Assembly: GCA_026414545.1 (NCBI GenBank)
Contig: JAOAIU010000058.1
Span: forward strand, 41,682-105,681
Direction: 5' to 3'
DNA from: Candidatus Saccharicenans sp.
GTDB lineage: Bacteria > Acidobacteriota > Aminicenantia > Aminicenantales > Saccharicenantaceae
Length of the DNA stretch: 64,000 nt
Part shown: in pieces, positions 8,642 to 18,084 of the stretch
Position numbering within the stretch: position 1 is the first letter of the stretch
Layout: every line of letters starts with the position of its first letter
The notes under the pieces: model-generated
What the model was told of the DNA's origin: nothing
Database searches by the model: none
Seen by the model: the letters and a program-made list of their open reading frames with translations, nothing else
Program-made: the position numbers and the translations under genes

Positions 8642-9871
8642 ATGAGCGTCAAGTTCCGATTGAGCGCCATGATGTTTCTTGAGTATGCTATCTGGGGTTC
8701 CTGGGCCCCGGTGCTTTCGGCTTACCTTCAGAACAACCTGGGATTCAGCGGCGGCCAGCTGGGTATCATTTTTAGCTTGCTGCCGCTGGCCACCATCATC
8801 TCTCCTTTCCTGGGAGGACAGCTGGCTGACCGCTACTTTGCCAGTGAGAAGGTGATCGGTGTTCTTCAGCTGGCCGGGGGCCTGCTGCTAATCATGATTG
8901 CCAGCATTACCAGCTTTCAGCCCATGATGTGGTTGATGCTGGTCTACTGCCTGGTATATGCCCCCACTCTGGCTCTAACCAACTCCATCGCCTTTGTCAA
9001 CCTGAAGAGCTCAGAGAAGGAATTCGGGGCCATCAGAGTCTGGGGAACCATTGGCTGGATAGCGGCCGGCTGGGCTCTGGCCGGCTGGCGCTGGCTGGTC
9101 AAGTCTCCGGAAGGAATTGCTCTTAAAGGGGATACCCTCATTCTGGCCGGAATCTTCTCGATAATCATGGGCTTATATTCTTTCAGTCTCCCCCATACTC
9201 CCCCGCAGAAAGAAGCAGCCAAACCCTGGGCTTTCCTGGAAGCCCTGAAAATGCTGAAGGATAAGAATTTTCTGGTCTTTGCCATAATTTCATTTGTGGT
9301 GGCCACCGAGCTTCAATTCTACTACGTCCTGACCTCTCCTTTCCTGACTCAGAAAGTGGGCGTCAACCAACAATCTGTTTCCTTCGTCATGACCATTGCC
9401 CAGATCGCCGAAATTTTCGTCATGGCCTTCATGCTGAGCTGGGCCCTGAGAAAGTTTGGGATGCGAATGACCCTGACTCTGGGCATCCTGGCCTGGCCCA
9501 TACGTTACATAATTTTTGTCATCGGGCAGCCTTCCTGGCTGGTGATCGCTTCGCTGGCCCTTCATGGTTTCTGTTATGTGTTTTTCTTTACTGCGGCCTA
9601 TATTTACGTCGATAACATTGCTCCCAAGGACATCCGTCATTCGGCTCAGAGCCTGATTGCCGTCATCATTCTGGGATTCGGAAATTTTGTCGGCAGCCTG
9701 TTCTGCGGCTGGATTCAGGACCTATTCACCAGGGACGGAGTGGTTAACTGGCGTGGCACTTTCCTGGTGCCGACCGTCCTGACCCTGCTTTGCCTGGCAA
9801 TCTTTCTGGCTTTCTTCAGGGAAAGCAGAAAAAACTCTCTGGAGACAGCCGCCCCGTCTGGAAATCAATGA
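8642..9871 (+). CDS. MFS transporter, nucleoside:H+ symporter-like (NupG/YegT-type)
   Basis: 409 aa with about 12 TM segments. The N-terminus RLSAMMFLEYAIWGSWAPVLSAYL resembles the Nuc_H_symport family start. RBS AAGGAG lies upstream. Confidence 0.65.
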   Translation: MSVKFRLSAMMFLEYAIWGSWAPVLSAYLQNNLGFSGGQLGIIFSLLPLATIISPFLGGQLADRYFASEKVIGVLQLAGGLLLIMIASITSFQPMMWLMLVYCLVYAPTLALTNSIAFVNLKSSEKEFGAIRVWGTIGWIAAGWALAGWRWLVKSPEGIALKGDTLILAGIFSIIMGLYSFSLPHTPPQKEAAKPWAFLEALKMLKDKNFLVFAIISFVVATELQFYYVLTSPFLTQKVGVNQQSVSFVMTIAQIAEIFVMAFMLSWALRKFGMRMTLTLGILAWPIRYIIFVIGQPSWLVIASLALHGFCYVFFFTAAYIYVDNIAPKDIRHSAQSLIAVIILGFGNFVGSLFCGWIQDLFTRDGVVNWRGTFLVPTVLTLLCLAIFLAFFRESRKNSLETAAPSGNQ

Positions 9872-9944
9872 TAATGGATTAAATTTGCAGGGCATTATTT
9901 ATGGGCCGATAATCTAAGCAATAATCAGGAAAAGGAGATTGGAC

Positions 9945-11204
9945 ATGAAAACAAAAAAGAAAAACCTGGGCATAGGCTTTATCGGCGGCGGTTTCATCAC
10001 CAGATTTCACATTCGTTCCTGGGTCGGAGTCCGGAACGCTGACATCCTGGGCATCTACGACCCTGACCAGAAAAGAGCTGGAGAAGCAGCCGCCCTGGCC
10101 CGACAGCTTAAGGTCGGGGAGGCCAGGCCATATAAATCAATAACTGACATGGTAGCTGACCCGGCCATAGACGCCATCTGGATCTGCTCTCCCAATTATA
10201 CCAGGATTGCCGTTATGGAAGAAATCGCCGAAGCAGTCATAAAAGGAAAGGGCGAATTGATCGGTGTTACCTGTGAAAAGCCACTGGGACGCAACGTTCG
10301 CGAAGCCAGAAAGATGCTGCAACTTGTGCAGAAAGCCGGGCTGCTGGACGGTTATCTGGAAAACCAGGTCTTCGCCCCGGCCGTGGTCCGGGGCAAAGAA
10401 ATCATCTGGGCCAGGGGAGCCAAACTCTGCGGGCGTCCCTACCTGGCCCGGGCAGCCGAGGAGCACAGCGGGCCTCACATGCCCTGGTTCTGGGAGGGAG
10501 AACTTCAGGGCGGCGGAGTCTTAAACGACATGATGTGCCATTCGGTGGAGGAAGCCAGATTCATGCTGACCCCGCCCGGAGCCGGCCGGGAGGAATTAAC
10601 TCCGGTCAAGGTTACCGCTTACGCCCACTGTCTCAAGTGGCAATTGCCCGATTATGTCGACCATCTGAAGCGGATCAGCGCCGGTAAGCTGGATTATGCC
10701 AGCCGTCCGGCTGAAGACTTTGCCCGATCGGTGGTTGAATACCAGGACCGCCAGGGGAACATCCTGGTAGTCGAGACCACCACTTCCTGGTGCTATGTCG
10801 GAGCCGGACTGCGCCTGACCATGGAACTCCTCGGGCCTGAATACTCCATGCAGGTCAACACCCTGGATTCCGGACTTAAGGTCTTTTTCAGCCGTCGGGT
10901 CAAGGGTAAGGCCGGTGAGGACCTGGTGGAAAAACAGAACGCCGAAGTTGGCTTGATGCCGGTGGTCTCCAGCGAAGAACACGAGTACGGTTACACCGCA
11001 GAAAATCGGCACATGGTCGAATCCTTCCTGGAGGGAAAAAGGCCGATGGAGAATTTCAGCGACGGGGTCAACGTGACCGAGTTGCTCATGACGGCCTACA
11101 TGAGCATAGAAAAAGACAAGACCCTCCCCTTCCCGCCTCCAGGTCTGGACAGTTTTATCCCGGCCGTGGCCCGGGGCCAATGGAACCCCAGGAAGAAAAA
11201 ATAG
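9945..11204 (+). CDS. Gfo/Idh/MocA family NAD(P)-dependent oxidoreductase
   Basis: Rossmann N-terminus LGIGFIGGGFITRFH and an EKP motif (CEKPLGRN). I prefer the ATG at 9945 (AAGGAG 7 nt upstream) over the TTG at 9939. No signal peptide. Confidence 0.8.
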   Translation: MKTKKKNLGIGFIGGGFITRFHIRSWVGVRNADILGIYDPDQKRAGEAAALARQLKVGEARPYKSITDMVADPAIDAIWICSPNYTRIAVMEEIAEAVIKGKGELIGVTCEKPLGRNVREARKMLQLVQKAGLLDGYLENQVFAPAVVRGKEIIWARGAKLCGRPYLARAAEEHSGPHMPWFWEGELQGGGVLNDMMCHSVEEARFMLTPPGAGREELTPVKVTAYAHCLKWQLPDYVDHLKRISAGKLDYASRPAEDFARSVVEYQDRQGNILVVETTTSWCYVGAGLRLTMELLGPEYSMQVNTLDSGLKVFFSRRVKGKAGEDLVEKQNAEVGLMPVVSSEEHEYGYTAENRHMVESFLEGKRPMENFSDGVNVTELLMTAYMSIEKDKTLPFPPPGLDSFIPAVARGQWNPRKKK

Positions 11205-11256
11205 TGGTTTAACCGATTGAATTATTGATAATAAAACTAAAGCCGGAGAGGAAAAA

Positions 11257-12750
11257 ATGAAGACAAAAAGAAATATTCTTTTTCTGGGTCTGTTGTTTTT
11301 CTGCCTTCTGGCCTTCGGCCCAGGCTCATCAGCCAGGGGCGGCAGCGGGCAGCAAAAAGTCATACCAGAAGAGATCAAACAGCAGGTCAGCCAGACAGAT
11401 TATTCCGCCGTCCGCATAAAAAAATTTCCGGTGGCCATGCAGTGCTGGACTTACCGGGGTTATACTTTTTTCGAAGCCCTGGAGAAAACCAGAGCCCTGG
11501 GTATAGATTATGTCCAGGCTTTCCCCGGACAGAGACTCTCCAGGGACCTGCCGGCCAGCGTCGTGTTCGACCATCGGATGGATGAACAGTACCTGAAACT
11601 GGTCCGCGAGAAATTGAACAGCCTGAAGATGAGCGTGGCTGCCTACGGCGTGGTTGATACTGGCCGGACTGAAGAAGACATGCGCCGGGTGTTCGATTTT
11701 GCCAGGAAGCTGGGGATCAGGGTTATAGTCACCGAGCCAAAGGATGAAGATTATCCCCTACTGGAGAGACTGGTTAAAGAATACAATATCCGGATTGCCA
11801 TCCATAATCATCCCGAACCCAGCAAGTATGCCCACCCGGCCGTGGCTCTCAAATCCCTTCAGGGGCTGGATGAGAGAATCGGAGTTTGTGCCGACACCGG
11901 TCACTGGATGAGGGGCAACCTTAAACCGGTAGAATGCCTGAGGCTGCTCCAGGGCCGGTTGGTGGATGTCCATATCAAGGATCGAAGCGATTTCGGAACC
12001 AGAAAAGCGGAAGATGTGGCCTTCGGGAGCGGAAAGGCTGATATCAGGACCGTTCTGGCCGAACTGACTCTCCAGGATTATGACGGATTCCTGACCATTG
12101 AGTATGAAAACGAAAAGGAAGTGATGACGCCGGAACTGGCCATCCAGAAAGGATTGGAGTTTATCAAAAAGGTAACCTATTACGAAGGTTTTGAACAGCT
12201 CCTGGGCCGGTACAACGGCTACTATGAAAAGCACGGCTGGAACCATTATGGTCCCGGGCATTTCGAGCTGGACCCCAAGACCGGCATCCTGAAATCCCAG
12301 GGGGGCATGGGACTGCTCTGGTACAGCCGCAAGAAATTCAAGGATTTCATCCTGGACCTGGAATTCAAGTGCTCTCAAAAAGACACCAACTCAGGGGTCT
12401 TTCTGCGGGTGCCAGAGGTGCCGACCAGTGATGATTACATCTACCATTCTTTTGAAATTCAGATTTATGACGCCGGAGAAGGTATCCACCGGACGGGCGC
12501 GGTTTATGACGCCCAGGCTCCGGCCCGGGAAGCCACCAGGCCGACCGGAGAATGGAACCACTTCAGAATCACCTTTATTGGAGACCGGCTGACAGTGGAA
12601 TTAAACGGACAGAAAGTGGTTGACTGGAAGGCCGAGCCCAGGGGCAAGGTTCGCGACTTCGCCCGAGAGGGTTATATCGGGCTTCAGAACCATGACAGCC
12701 TCTCGCCCGTCTATTTCAGAAATATCTACATTAAAGAAATAAGCAACTGA
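11257..12750 (+). CDS. Secreted fusion of a sugar phosphate isomerase/epimerase-type (xylose isomerase-like) TIM barrel and a DUF1080 (3-keto-disaccharide hydrolase-like) domain
   Basis: Signal peptide MKTKRNILFLGLLFFCLLAF. TIM-barrel motifs IAIHNHPEP, GVCADTGHW, DVHIKD and FLTIEYE. C-terminal DUF1080 pattern NSGVFLRV...EIQIYD...TGAVYD...GEWNHF...LNG...GYIGLQNHD..VYFRNIYIKE. Confidence 0.8.
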   Translation: MKTKRNILFLGLLFFCLLAFGPGSSARGGSGQQKVIPEEIKQQVSQTDYSAVRIKKFPVAMQCWTYRGYTFFEALEKTRALGIDYVQAFPGQRLSRDLPASVVFDHRMDEQYLKLVREKLNSLKMSVAAYGVVDTGRTEEDMRRVFDFARKLGIRVIVTEPKDEDYPLLERLVKEYNIRIAIHNHPEPSKYAHPAVALKSLQGLDERIGVCADTGHWMRGNLKPVECLRLLQGRLVDVHIKDRSDFGTRKAEDVAFGSGKADIRTVLAELTLQDYDGFLTIEYENEKEVMTPELAIQKGLEFIKKVTYYEGFEQLLGRYNGYYEKHGWNHYGPGHFELDPKTGILKSQGGMGLLWYSRKKFKDFILDLEFKCSQKDTNSGVFLRVPEVPTSDDYIYHSFEIQIYDAGEGIHRTGAVYDAQAPAREATRPTGEWNHFRITFIGDRLTVELNGQKVVDWKAEPRGKVRDFAREGYIGLQNHDSLSPVYFRNIYIKEISN

Positions 12751-12752
12751 CC

Positions 12753-15700
12753 TCAAAAGCCCGGGGTGATGGTGAACTGCCAGTGCCAGCCCTTGATGGG
12801 TCGGTCGAAGGGATAGACATAATCAAAGCCCAGGACCAGCACCCCGAACAGGTTGGTTCTCAGGCCCAGGCCGGCACTGGAAACCGGCTTCTTAGTCCCG
12901 CCAAACCAGGTTGGTTTTTCGTCTGAGTACCAGGCCGTCCCGATATCATAAAAAGCCAGGAACTCCAGGGGCCAGACTCCATAATAGCCTTTGCCGAGGC
13001 CGAGGACTCGGAACACGGGAAATCTCAATTCCACGTTGGCCACCAGCATCCGGGTTCCCAGGAGGCGGTTGAAATCGAACATGTTCGGGTTCTGGTCATC
13101 GAATTCACTGTAAAGAAAACTGTTGTAATCATAGCCCCGGACCAGGGTCTCATAGCCGAGGAACAGCGGCCAGAGCCTAGCGTCTTCCGACCCTTTGCCA
13201 TAACGCCCGTAGTGCAACACCCTGAAGGCCAGAGTAAAAGGCCTTTTGGGGATGATGTAACGCCGGTAATCAGCCAGGACGCTGATAAAATTCAGGTCGC
13301 CAAAATTGGGCTGGACTTCCAGCAGGTAGGCCTGTCCCAGGATCGGGCTGCAGGCTCCGAACAGTGAACTGTCATAGACCAGGGCCGCCGAAGCATAGCC
13401 GTACTTGAGCGATTTTGGAGCAGGCAGGTCAAATTGTCGGTAGTCAATAAGCTGGAAATAAACCGCATCATATACGTATTGGTATTGTTTGCTGTTAAAA
13501 TCTATCAGGTTGAAGCCGGCCGAAAATTCTATCCTCCTGAAGGTATTCAGAGGATAATAGGCAAAACCTCCCAGCTGGTAAGCAATCTGGCGGTTTAGAT
13601 ATTCTTCTTCGATATAAACAGGAATCCCCCCCTCTTCGTCAAAATAGGCATTGTATGAACCATAGATATAGGGGACCCTCTGCAGGACTGCTCCCCAGTT
13701 AATCCGGTTTCTGGAATTCATGTAGCCGACCAGGGCATAACTATCGATTAATTCATAGTTGGTCTGGGCCATGGTCACCACCGTATGATAGCCCAGCATG
13801 TCACTCCAGAAAGCCGCAATACCACCGCCGGCATAGGTTCCGTACCGGTCGACACCAACCGCCACGCTCGGCTGGGAAACGAAATCCAGCGAGAGTTTAG
13901 GCCGATAATTGGTAATCGGGAAATCTGTTTCCTTGGGCAAACCAAAAAGAGGATTCCTCAACAGTCCCAGCAGCGCTCCCTCAGGCTGAGTCCTGGGCGG
14001 CAGCAGGTCCAGTGGTCTTTCGCCAAGTTGAGGCATGGTGGCCTGCCCCTGGAGCATCTCCGGGGAATCAACCAGGTAAACAGAATAATAGCCACCCTCA
14101 TACACCGACATGGCCAGCTTCCTGGTGGCGGGAGCGTAAGAGATAGCCGGGCTGAGCTGGGTAATCCCACCGATTCCAGTAAACAGGTTGGTAATCTGGT
14201 AAATCTTGCCATCGCCGAGGTCCAGACGGTAAAGGTCTGTCTTGCCGGCATAATCAGATAGGAAGAACAGGCTTTTTCCATCCTCGGACCATTGCGGGTT
14301 AACGTTTTTGCCCGTCGGAAACCCAAGAACCCGGGTTATTTCGCCGCTGGCCACATCCAGCAGAGCCAGTTCGTAGTTGCCGGTGTCCAGCCACTGGAGG
14401 TTGGCACTGAACCTTTCGGTGACAAAAGCCAGCTTTCTTCCGTCCGGCGACCAGACCGGGTGCAGGTCACCAAAGCTGTCTCTGGTTAGCTGCTTTAGGG
14501 TATTATCGTCCAGGTTATAGGTGAAAATATCAGTTACTCCACCCACCAGAGCGGCAAAGGCAATTTCTTTCCCGTCGGGCGACCAGGAAGGATTCAGGAT
14601 TTCGCCCAGTTCCGGAAATGGTATTTCCTTTTCTATCCGTCCGCTGATGGCATTCATGATGGTCAGCTGGGGTTGCCCCTTGCTGACAGTTCCCAGGACT
14701 ATCCGCTGATTGTCGGGGGCCCAGGCCCCGGCCGACCGGATAAACTGGATGCTCTCGAAATGGGGGTCTATGGCCGTAGAAGTCAGTTTTCTCTTTACCT
14801 TACCTGTAGCCGGGTCAGCCAGGTAAAGGTCCACGGAAAAAAGGTCACGGGAAGAGAAAAATATCATATTCTTCCCGTCCGGGCTCAGGACCGGGGAAAC
14901 ATTGTAGGGATTATTTTCTATTCCTTTCAGAAGCAGACGTCCATACTTATCTGGGGTCTCGGTTAGAGGAACCAGGGACTTGTAGGCCTCTTCCATGGAC
15001 TTATGCCAGTCTTCAGAAAGCTTCTTTAAGGGAACCCCGAGCACCCCCTGCAGCACTGATTCATAATCACCGCTCCTGGCCAGCATCCTGAATATCTTGC
15101 CGATCATCTCGTCGCCCCAGCGACCGCCGATGTAGGCCCAGACCGCGTGGCCGTAACGGTAAGGAAAATATTTATAATAATTCTCCAGCTTTTTAATCTG
15201 CGGCAGGTCCTTGCGTTTCCAGGTATCCCGCATCCACATTGAGGTCTCGGTATCAACCGGTCCAATCGACAGGTATTCAGCCAGTCCTTCGATCAGGAAT
15301 AGCGGGACCCGGAGCTCAGCCCCGGTATACCTGGCCTGGTCTGAATGTCCCTGCCCGGCAATATCATACTGGAAAGCATGAACCAGCTCGTGACCGATGA
15401 CATGGTCAGTCTCCGCCATGGAAACCCCGTAGGGCAATACTATTCGTCTCTTAAAGGATTCGGTCACACCGCCGGTTCCCTCCCCCATGGCCTCGGGTAT
15501 GACCGTGGTCTGCTGGAATTCAGGGCTGCTCGAGTAAATGATCAGGGGCTGTCGGCCCTTGAGTTCGTGGTTGAAAATCCGGCTCAGCCGAGCATACCAG
15601 CGCTCGGCCATCATGGCCGCCTGCCTGACCACCTCTTCATCTTGCTGGTAGTAGTAAACATCGAAGTGCTTGGTTTTCATTATTTTGAAGTCAAACCTCT

Positions 15701-15818
15701 TGTACTGAACCTTGTTGCGGCCAAAATACTGCGCTTGAAGGGGCAGCACCGTGGTCACGACAAACAGGCTGAGCAACACCGGAATTATAAGAATCAGTTT
15801 ATGCTTTAAAGGACGCAT
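12753..15818 (-). CDS. Outer-membrane protein with an N-terminal HEXXH peptidase-like domain, PD40/TolB-type beta-propeller repeats and a C-terminal Omp85 (bacterial surface antigen) beta-barrel
   Basis: I prefer the start at MRPLKHK (15818), with AAGGAGGAGG just upstream. It carries a signal peptide and the HEXXH motif HVIGHELVHAF. PD40 motifs include LSPDGKNMIFFS, WSPDGKEIAFAA, WSPDGRKLAFVT and WSEDGKSLFFLS. The C-terminus has LVRGY, ANVELRFP, AFYDIGTAW and GLGLRTN motifs and ends ...WQFTITPGF. Confidence 0.75.
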   Translation of the reverse strand: MRPLKHKLILIIPVLLSLFVVTTVLPLQAQYFGRNKVQYKRFDFKIMKTKHFDVYYYQQDEEVVRQAAMMAERWYARLSRIFNHELKGRQPLIIYSSSPEFQQTTVIPEAMGEGTGGVTESFKRRIVLPYGVSMAETDHVIGHELVHAFQYDIAGQGHSDQARYTGAELRVPLFLIEGLAEYLSIGPVDTETSMWMRDTWKRKDLPQIKKLENYYKYFPYRYGHAVWAYIGGRWGDEMIGKIFRMLARSGDYESVLQGVLGVPLKKLSEDWHKSMEEAYKSLVPLTETPDKYGRLLLKGIENNPYNVSPVLSPDGKNMIFFSSRDLFSVDLYLADPATGKVKRKLTSTAIDPHFESIQFIRSAGAWAPDNQRIVLGTVSKGQPQLTIMNAISGRIEKEIPFPELGEILNPSWSPDGKEIAFAALVGGVTDIFTYNLDDNTLKQLTRDSFGDLHPVWSPDGRKLAFVTERFSANLQWLDTGNYELALLDVASGEITRVLGFPTGKNVNPQWSEDGKSLFFLSDYAGKTDLYRLDLGDGKIYQITNLFTGIGGITQLSPAISYAPATRKLAMSVYEGGYYSVYLVDSPEMLQGQATMPQLGERPLDLLPPRTQPEGALLGLLRNPLFGLPKETDFPITNYRPKLSLDFVSQPSVAVGVDRYGTYAGGGIAAFWSDMLGYHTVVTMAQTNYELIDSYALVGYMNSRNRINWGAVLQRVPYIYGSYNAYFDEEGGIPVYIEEEYLNRQIAYQLGGFAYYPLNTFRRIEFSAGFNLIDFNSKQYQYVYDAVYFQLIDYRQFDLPAPKSLKYGYASAALVYDSSLFGACSPILGQAYLLEVQPNFGDLNFISVLADYRRYIIPKRPFTLAFRVLHYGRYGKGSEDARLWPLFLGYETLVRGYDYNSFLYSEFDDQNPNMFDFNRLLGTRMLVANVELRFPVFRVLGLGKGYYGVWPLEFLAFYDIGTAWYSDEKPTWFGGTKKPVSSAGLGLRTNLFGVLVLGFDYVYPFDRPIKGWHWQFTITPGF

Positions 15819-15947
15819 TACCTCCTCCTTATATTCAGGCACTTCATCTCCCTATATTATAACCTAATTTCCAGAAAAAATGTTTCAATTAATGAAGACG
15901 GAAATTCCTGCTGACGGCCGATTCGGAATTATGATATTTAAATAGTT

Positions 15948-16703
15948 GTGGTTAAGATTTCTCAGGTCCAGGCCAGGAGTATCCTTAACAAATCCAAAAT
16001 TTTTGATTATTGTCTAAATCCCTATACCGGTTGTACCCATGGTTGCCGTTACTGCTACGCCGGGCTTTTTATGAGAAGGTATTCAGGACACTCTGAGCCC
16101 TGGGGGCAATTTGTCGATATTAAAATCAATGCTCCTGAACTGTTGCCGAAGCAGCTGGCCCGGGCCAGGCGCGGGACAGTCTGGTTGGCTTCTGTTTGCG
16201 ATCCTTACCAGCCGGTGGAGGCCAGGTATCAGCTGACCAGAAAATGTCTGAGGGTGCTCAGCCGTCATGATTTCCCGGTGTTCATACAAACCAAGTCCGA
16301 CCTGGTGGTCCGGGACCTTGATATCCTCAAAGACCTGGTGGAACTGGAAGTTGGTTTTTCCCTGGCCAGCGATGACGACCGGGTGGCTGCCCTGTTTGAA
16401 CCAGGTGCCCCGTCGATAACGCGGAGGCTTAAAGCTCTGGAGAAAATAAAAGGCAGCAATATCAAGACCTTTGTCTTCATAGGACCGATTCTCCCTCAGG
16501 ACCCCGGACGCCTGGTCCAACAAATCAGAGGGCTGGTTGATAAAGTGTTCATCGACCGGCTTAATTATGTCAGCCAGTTTGTTGATTTTTACCGTCGCCA
16601 CAATCTCTTGGCCTATATAAGTGATGGCTATTTCCAAATGGTAAAAAGCGTTCTGGTAACTGAACTGGAAAGAGCCGGCCTGCCCTACGAGCTTATCTTC
16701 TGA
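15948..16703 (+). CDS. Radical SAM protein, SplB / DNA-photolyase-like (COG1533-type)
   Basis: CxxxCxxC cluster motif YTGCTHGCRYCYA near the N-terminus. The SILNKS...NPYTGC pattern is typical of this subgroup. GTG start. Confidence 0.7.
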   Translation: MVKISQVQARSILNKSKIFDYCLNPYTGCTHGCRYCYAGLFMRRYSGHSEPWGQFVDIKINAPELLPKQLARARRGTVWLASVCDPYQPVEARYQLTRKCLRVLSRHDFPVFIQTKSDLVVRDLDILKDLVELEVGFSLASDDDRVAALFEPGAPSITRRLKALEKIKGSNIKTFVFIGPILPQDPGRLVQQIRGLVDKVFIDRLNYVSQFVDFYRRHNLLAYISDGYFQMVKSVLVTELERAGLPYELIF

Positions 16704-16751
16704 CCAAAAAAAGTTTGCTTTATCCCCTTCGCTTGAGTAAGATTTTTTATC

Positions 16752-18056
16752 ATGCTTATTCAGACTCTGGTTGTAACCGCCATAATCATCACCGCCTATG
16801 CCCTGGCCAAATGGCGACACCTGTCTGTGGAACTCAGCCTGTTGATAGCCACGGTGGCCGGTGCCCTGGGAGGTTCCATTTTCCGGACACCTGAAATCAG
16901 AGAAATTCCCAGACACCTGGTTGAAGGTTCATTTACCTACCTGGATGTCATCCTGGTTTTTTTCACGGCCACCCTGTTTATCACCATCGTCCAGGAATCG
17001 GGCGGAGTTAACTTTGCCGTCCGCCAGGCTGTGATCCGGTTCTCCCGAAATAGGTTTCTGGCTCTGTTCCTCCTGATGATCATCGTTCTTATTCCCGGAG
17101 CACTGACCGGCGCCGGCAGCGTTTCTCTGCTGGTGGTTGGAGCCCCGGTGGCCATGGCCATGAAAGGCCTGGGCGTTTCAGAAAAGAAAATCCCGGCCAT
17201 TCTGTTTATTCTGGCCGGGCTGGCTGCGGCCGCTCCGCCAGTAAATATCTGGGCCATGGTCCTCTGTGCTGGAACTGCCATCCCCTATGTCGGATTTGAA
17301 CTGCCGCTGGGCCTTCCAGTCCTGGTTCTGGGAACGCTGACCATCATCGTTCTCGGAGGTCGCCGGCGGGAAGAGGGCAGCCTGGAAGTTTTCCTGGAAA
17401 AGACCCGGTGTCATCCAGCCATGAACTGGTTCCGTCTCCTAACCCCGTTTCTGGTCTTTTTTGCCCTGGTAATTGCCTACCGCCTCTGGCCATTTTCTTT
17501 CCCCATTCTTGGGTTACCTCTGGAATTTCTCCTGGCCTCCCTGGTGGCCCTGGCTTTGAGCCCGGTCCGCCTCAATTTAATAAGGGTGGCCTCAGCCACC
17601 GTCAGCAAACTTCTACCCCTGCTGGCCATAATGGTCATCGTGGGCATGCTGCAGCAAGTAATGGCCGCCAGCGGGGTGAAGGGCCTGATTTCCTACTCAG
17701 TTCTTATCATACCGCTTGGCTTGCTTTTCTGTCTTCTTCCCCTGATCATTCCGGCTTCGGAAGGTGTGCTAACCTATGGCGGGGCAGCCATCATCGGTAT
17801 CCCTCTGGTCTGGTACCTTAATTCGCTCGGCTACCATGCCACGCTGGTCATTTCAGGGCTGAGCCTGCTCTGGCCACTGGGAGACGGTCTGCCACCTACT
17901 GCCCTCATCGGGCGGTTGAGCCTGATGGTTTCCGGCTACGAGGGAAAATACTGGAATTTCCTTAAACAGACCTGGATACCCTGGCTGATCATCACCGCCA
18001 CCGGAATGCTGATGATCATTTTCAGCGGTCGCCTCCGCTTTCTGGTGATCGGATGA
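16752..18056 (+). CDS. Ion-transporter-superfamily permease, DctM-like (TRAP large-subunit-like)
   Basis: 434 aa and polytopic. The stretch ALTGAGSVSLLVVGAPVAMAMKGLGVSEKKIPAILFILAGLAAAAPPVNIWAMV resembles the DctM core (isGSs.A...G.i.iP.M...GY...a....a.lg.iiPPSi). No DctP or normal DctQ gene is nearby. Confidence 0.5.
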   Translation: MLIQTLVVTAIIITAYALAKWRHLSVELSLLIATVAGALGGSIFRTPEIREIPRHLVEGSFTYLDVILVFFTATLFITIVQESGGVNFAVRQAVIRFSRNRFLALFLLMIIVLIPGALTGAGSVSLLVVGAPVAMAMKGLGVSEKKIPAILFILAGLAAAAPPVNIWAMVLCAGTAIPYVGFELPLGLPVLVLGTLTIIVLGGRRREEGSLEVFLEKTRCHPAMNWFRLLTPFLVFFALVIAYRLWPFSFPILGLPLEFLLASLVALALSPVRLNLIRVASATVSKLLPLLAIMVIVGMLQQVMAASGVKGLISYSVLIIPLGLLFCLLPLIIPASEGVLTYGGAAIIGIPLVWYLNSLGYHATLVISGLSLLWPLGDGLPPTALIGRLSLMVSGYEGKYWNFLKQTWIPWLIITATGMLMIIFSGRLRFLVIG

Positions 18057-18084
18057 TAAATAACAGCTCCAAGGAGGGTCGCCC

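Noticed and set aside
10596-11378. 260-aa minus-strand ORF spanning the end of the Gfo/Idh/MocA gene and the start of the TIM-barrel gene
   Set aside because: It lies antisense to two well-supported genes with clear family motifs. Its composition is low-complexity and rich in Arg, Gly and Pro, and it has no RBS. This is typical of shadow ORFs in moderately GC-rich DNA.
16083-16916. 277-aa minus-strand ORF
   Set aside because: It lies antisense to the radical SAM gene and the permease start. It has no family signal and bridges an intergenic gap, so I treat it as a shadow ORF.
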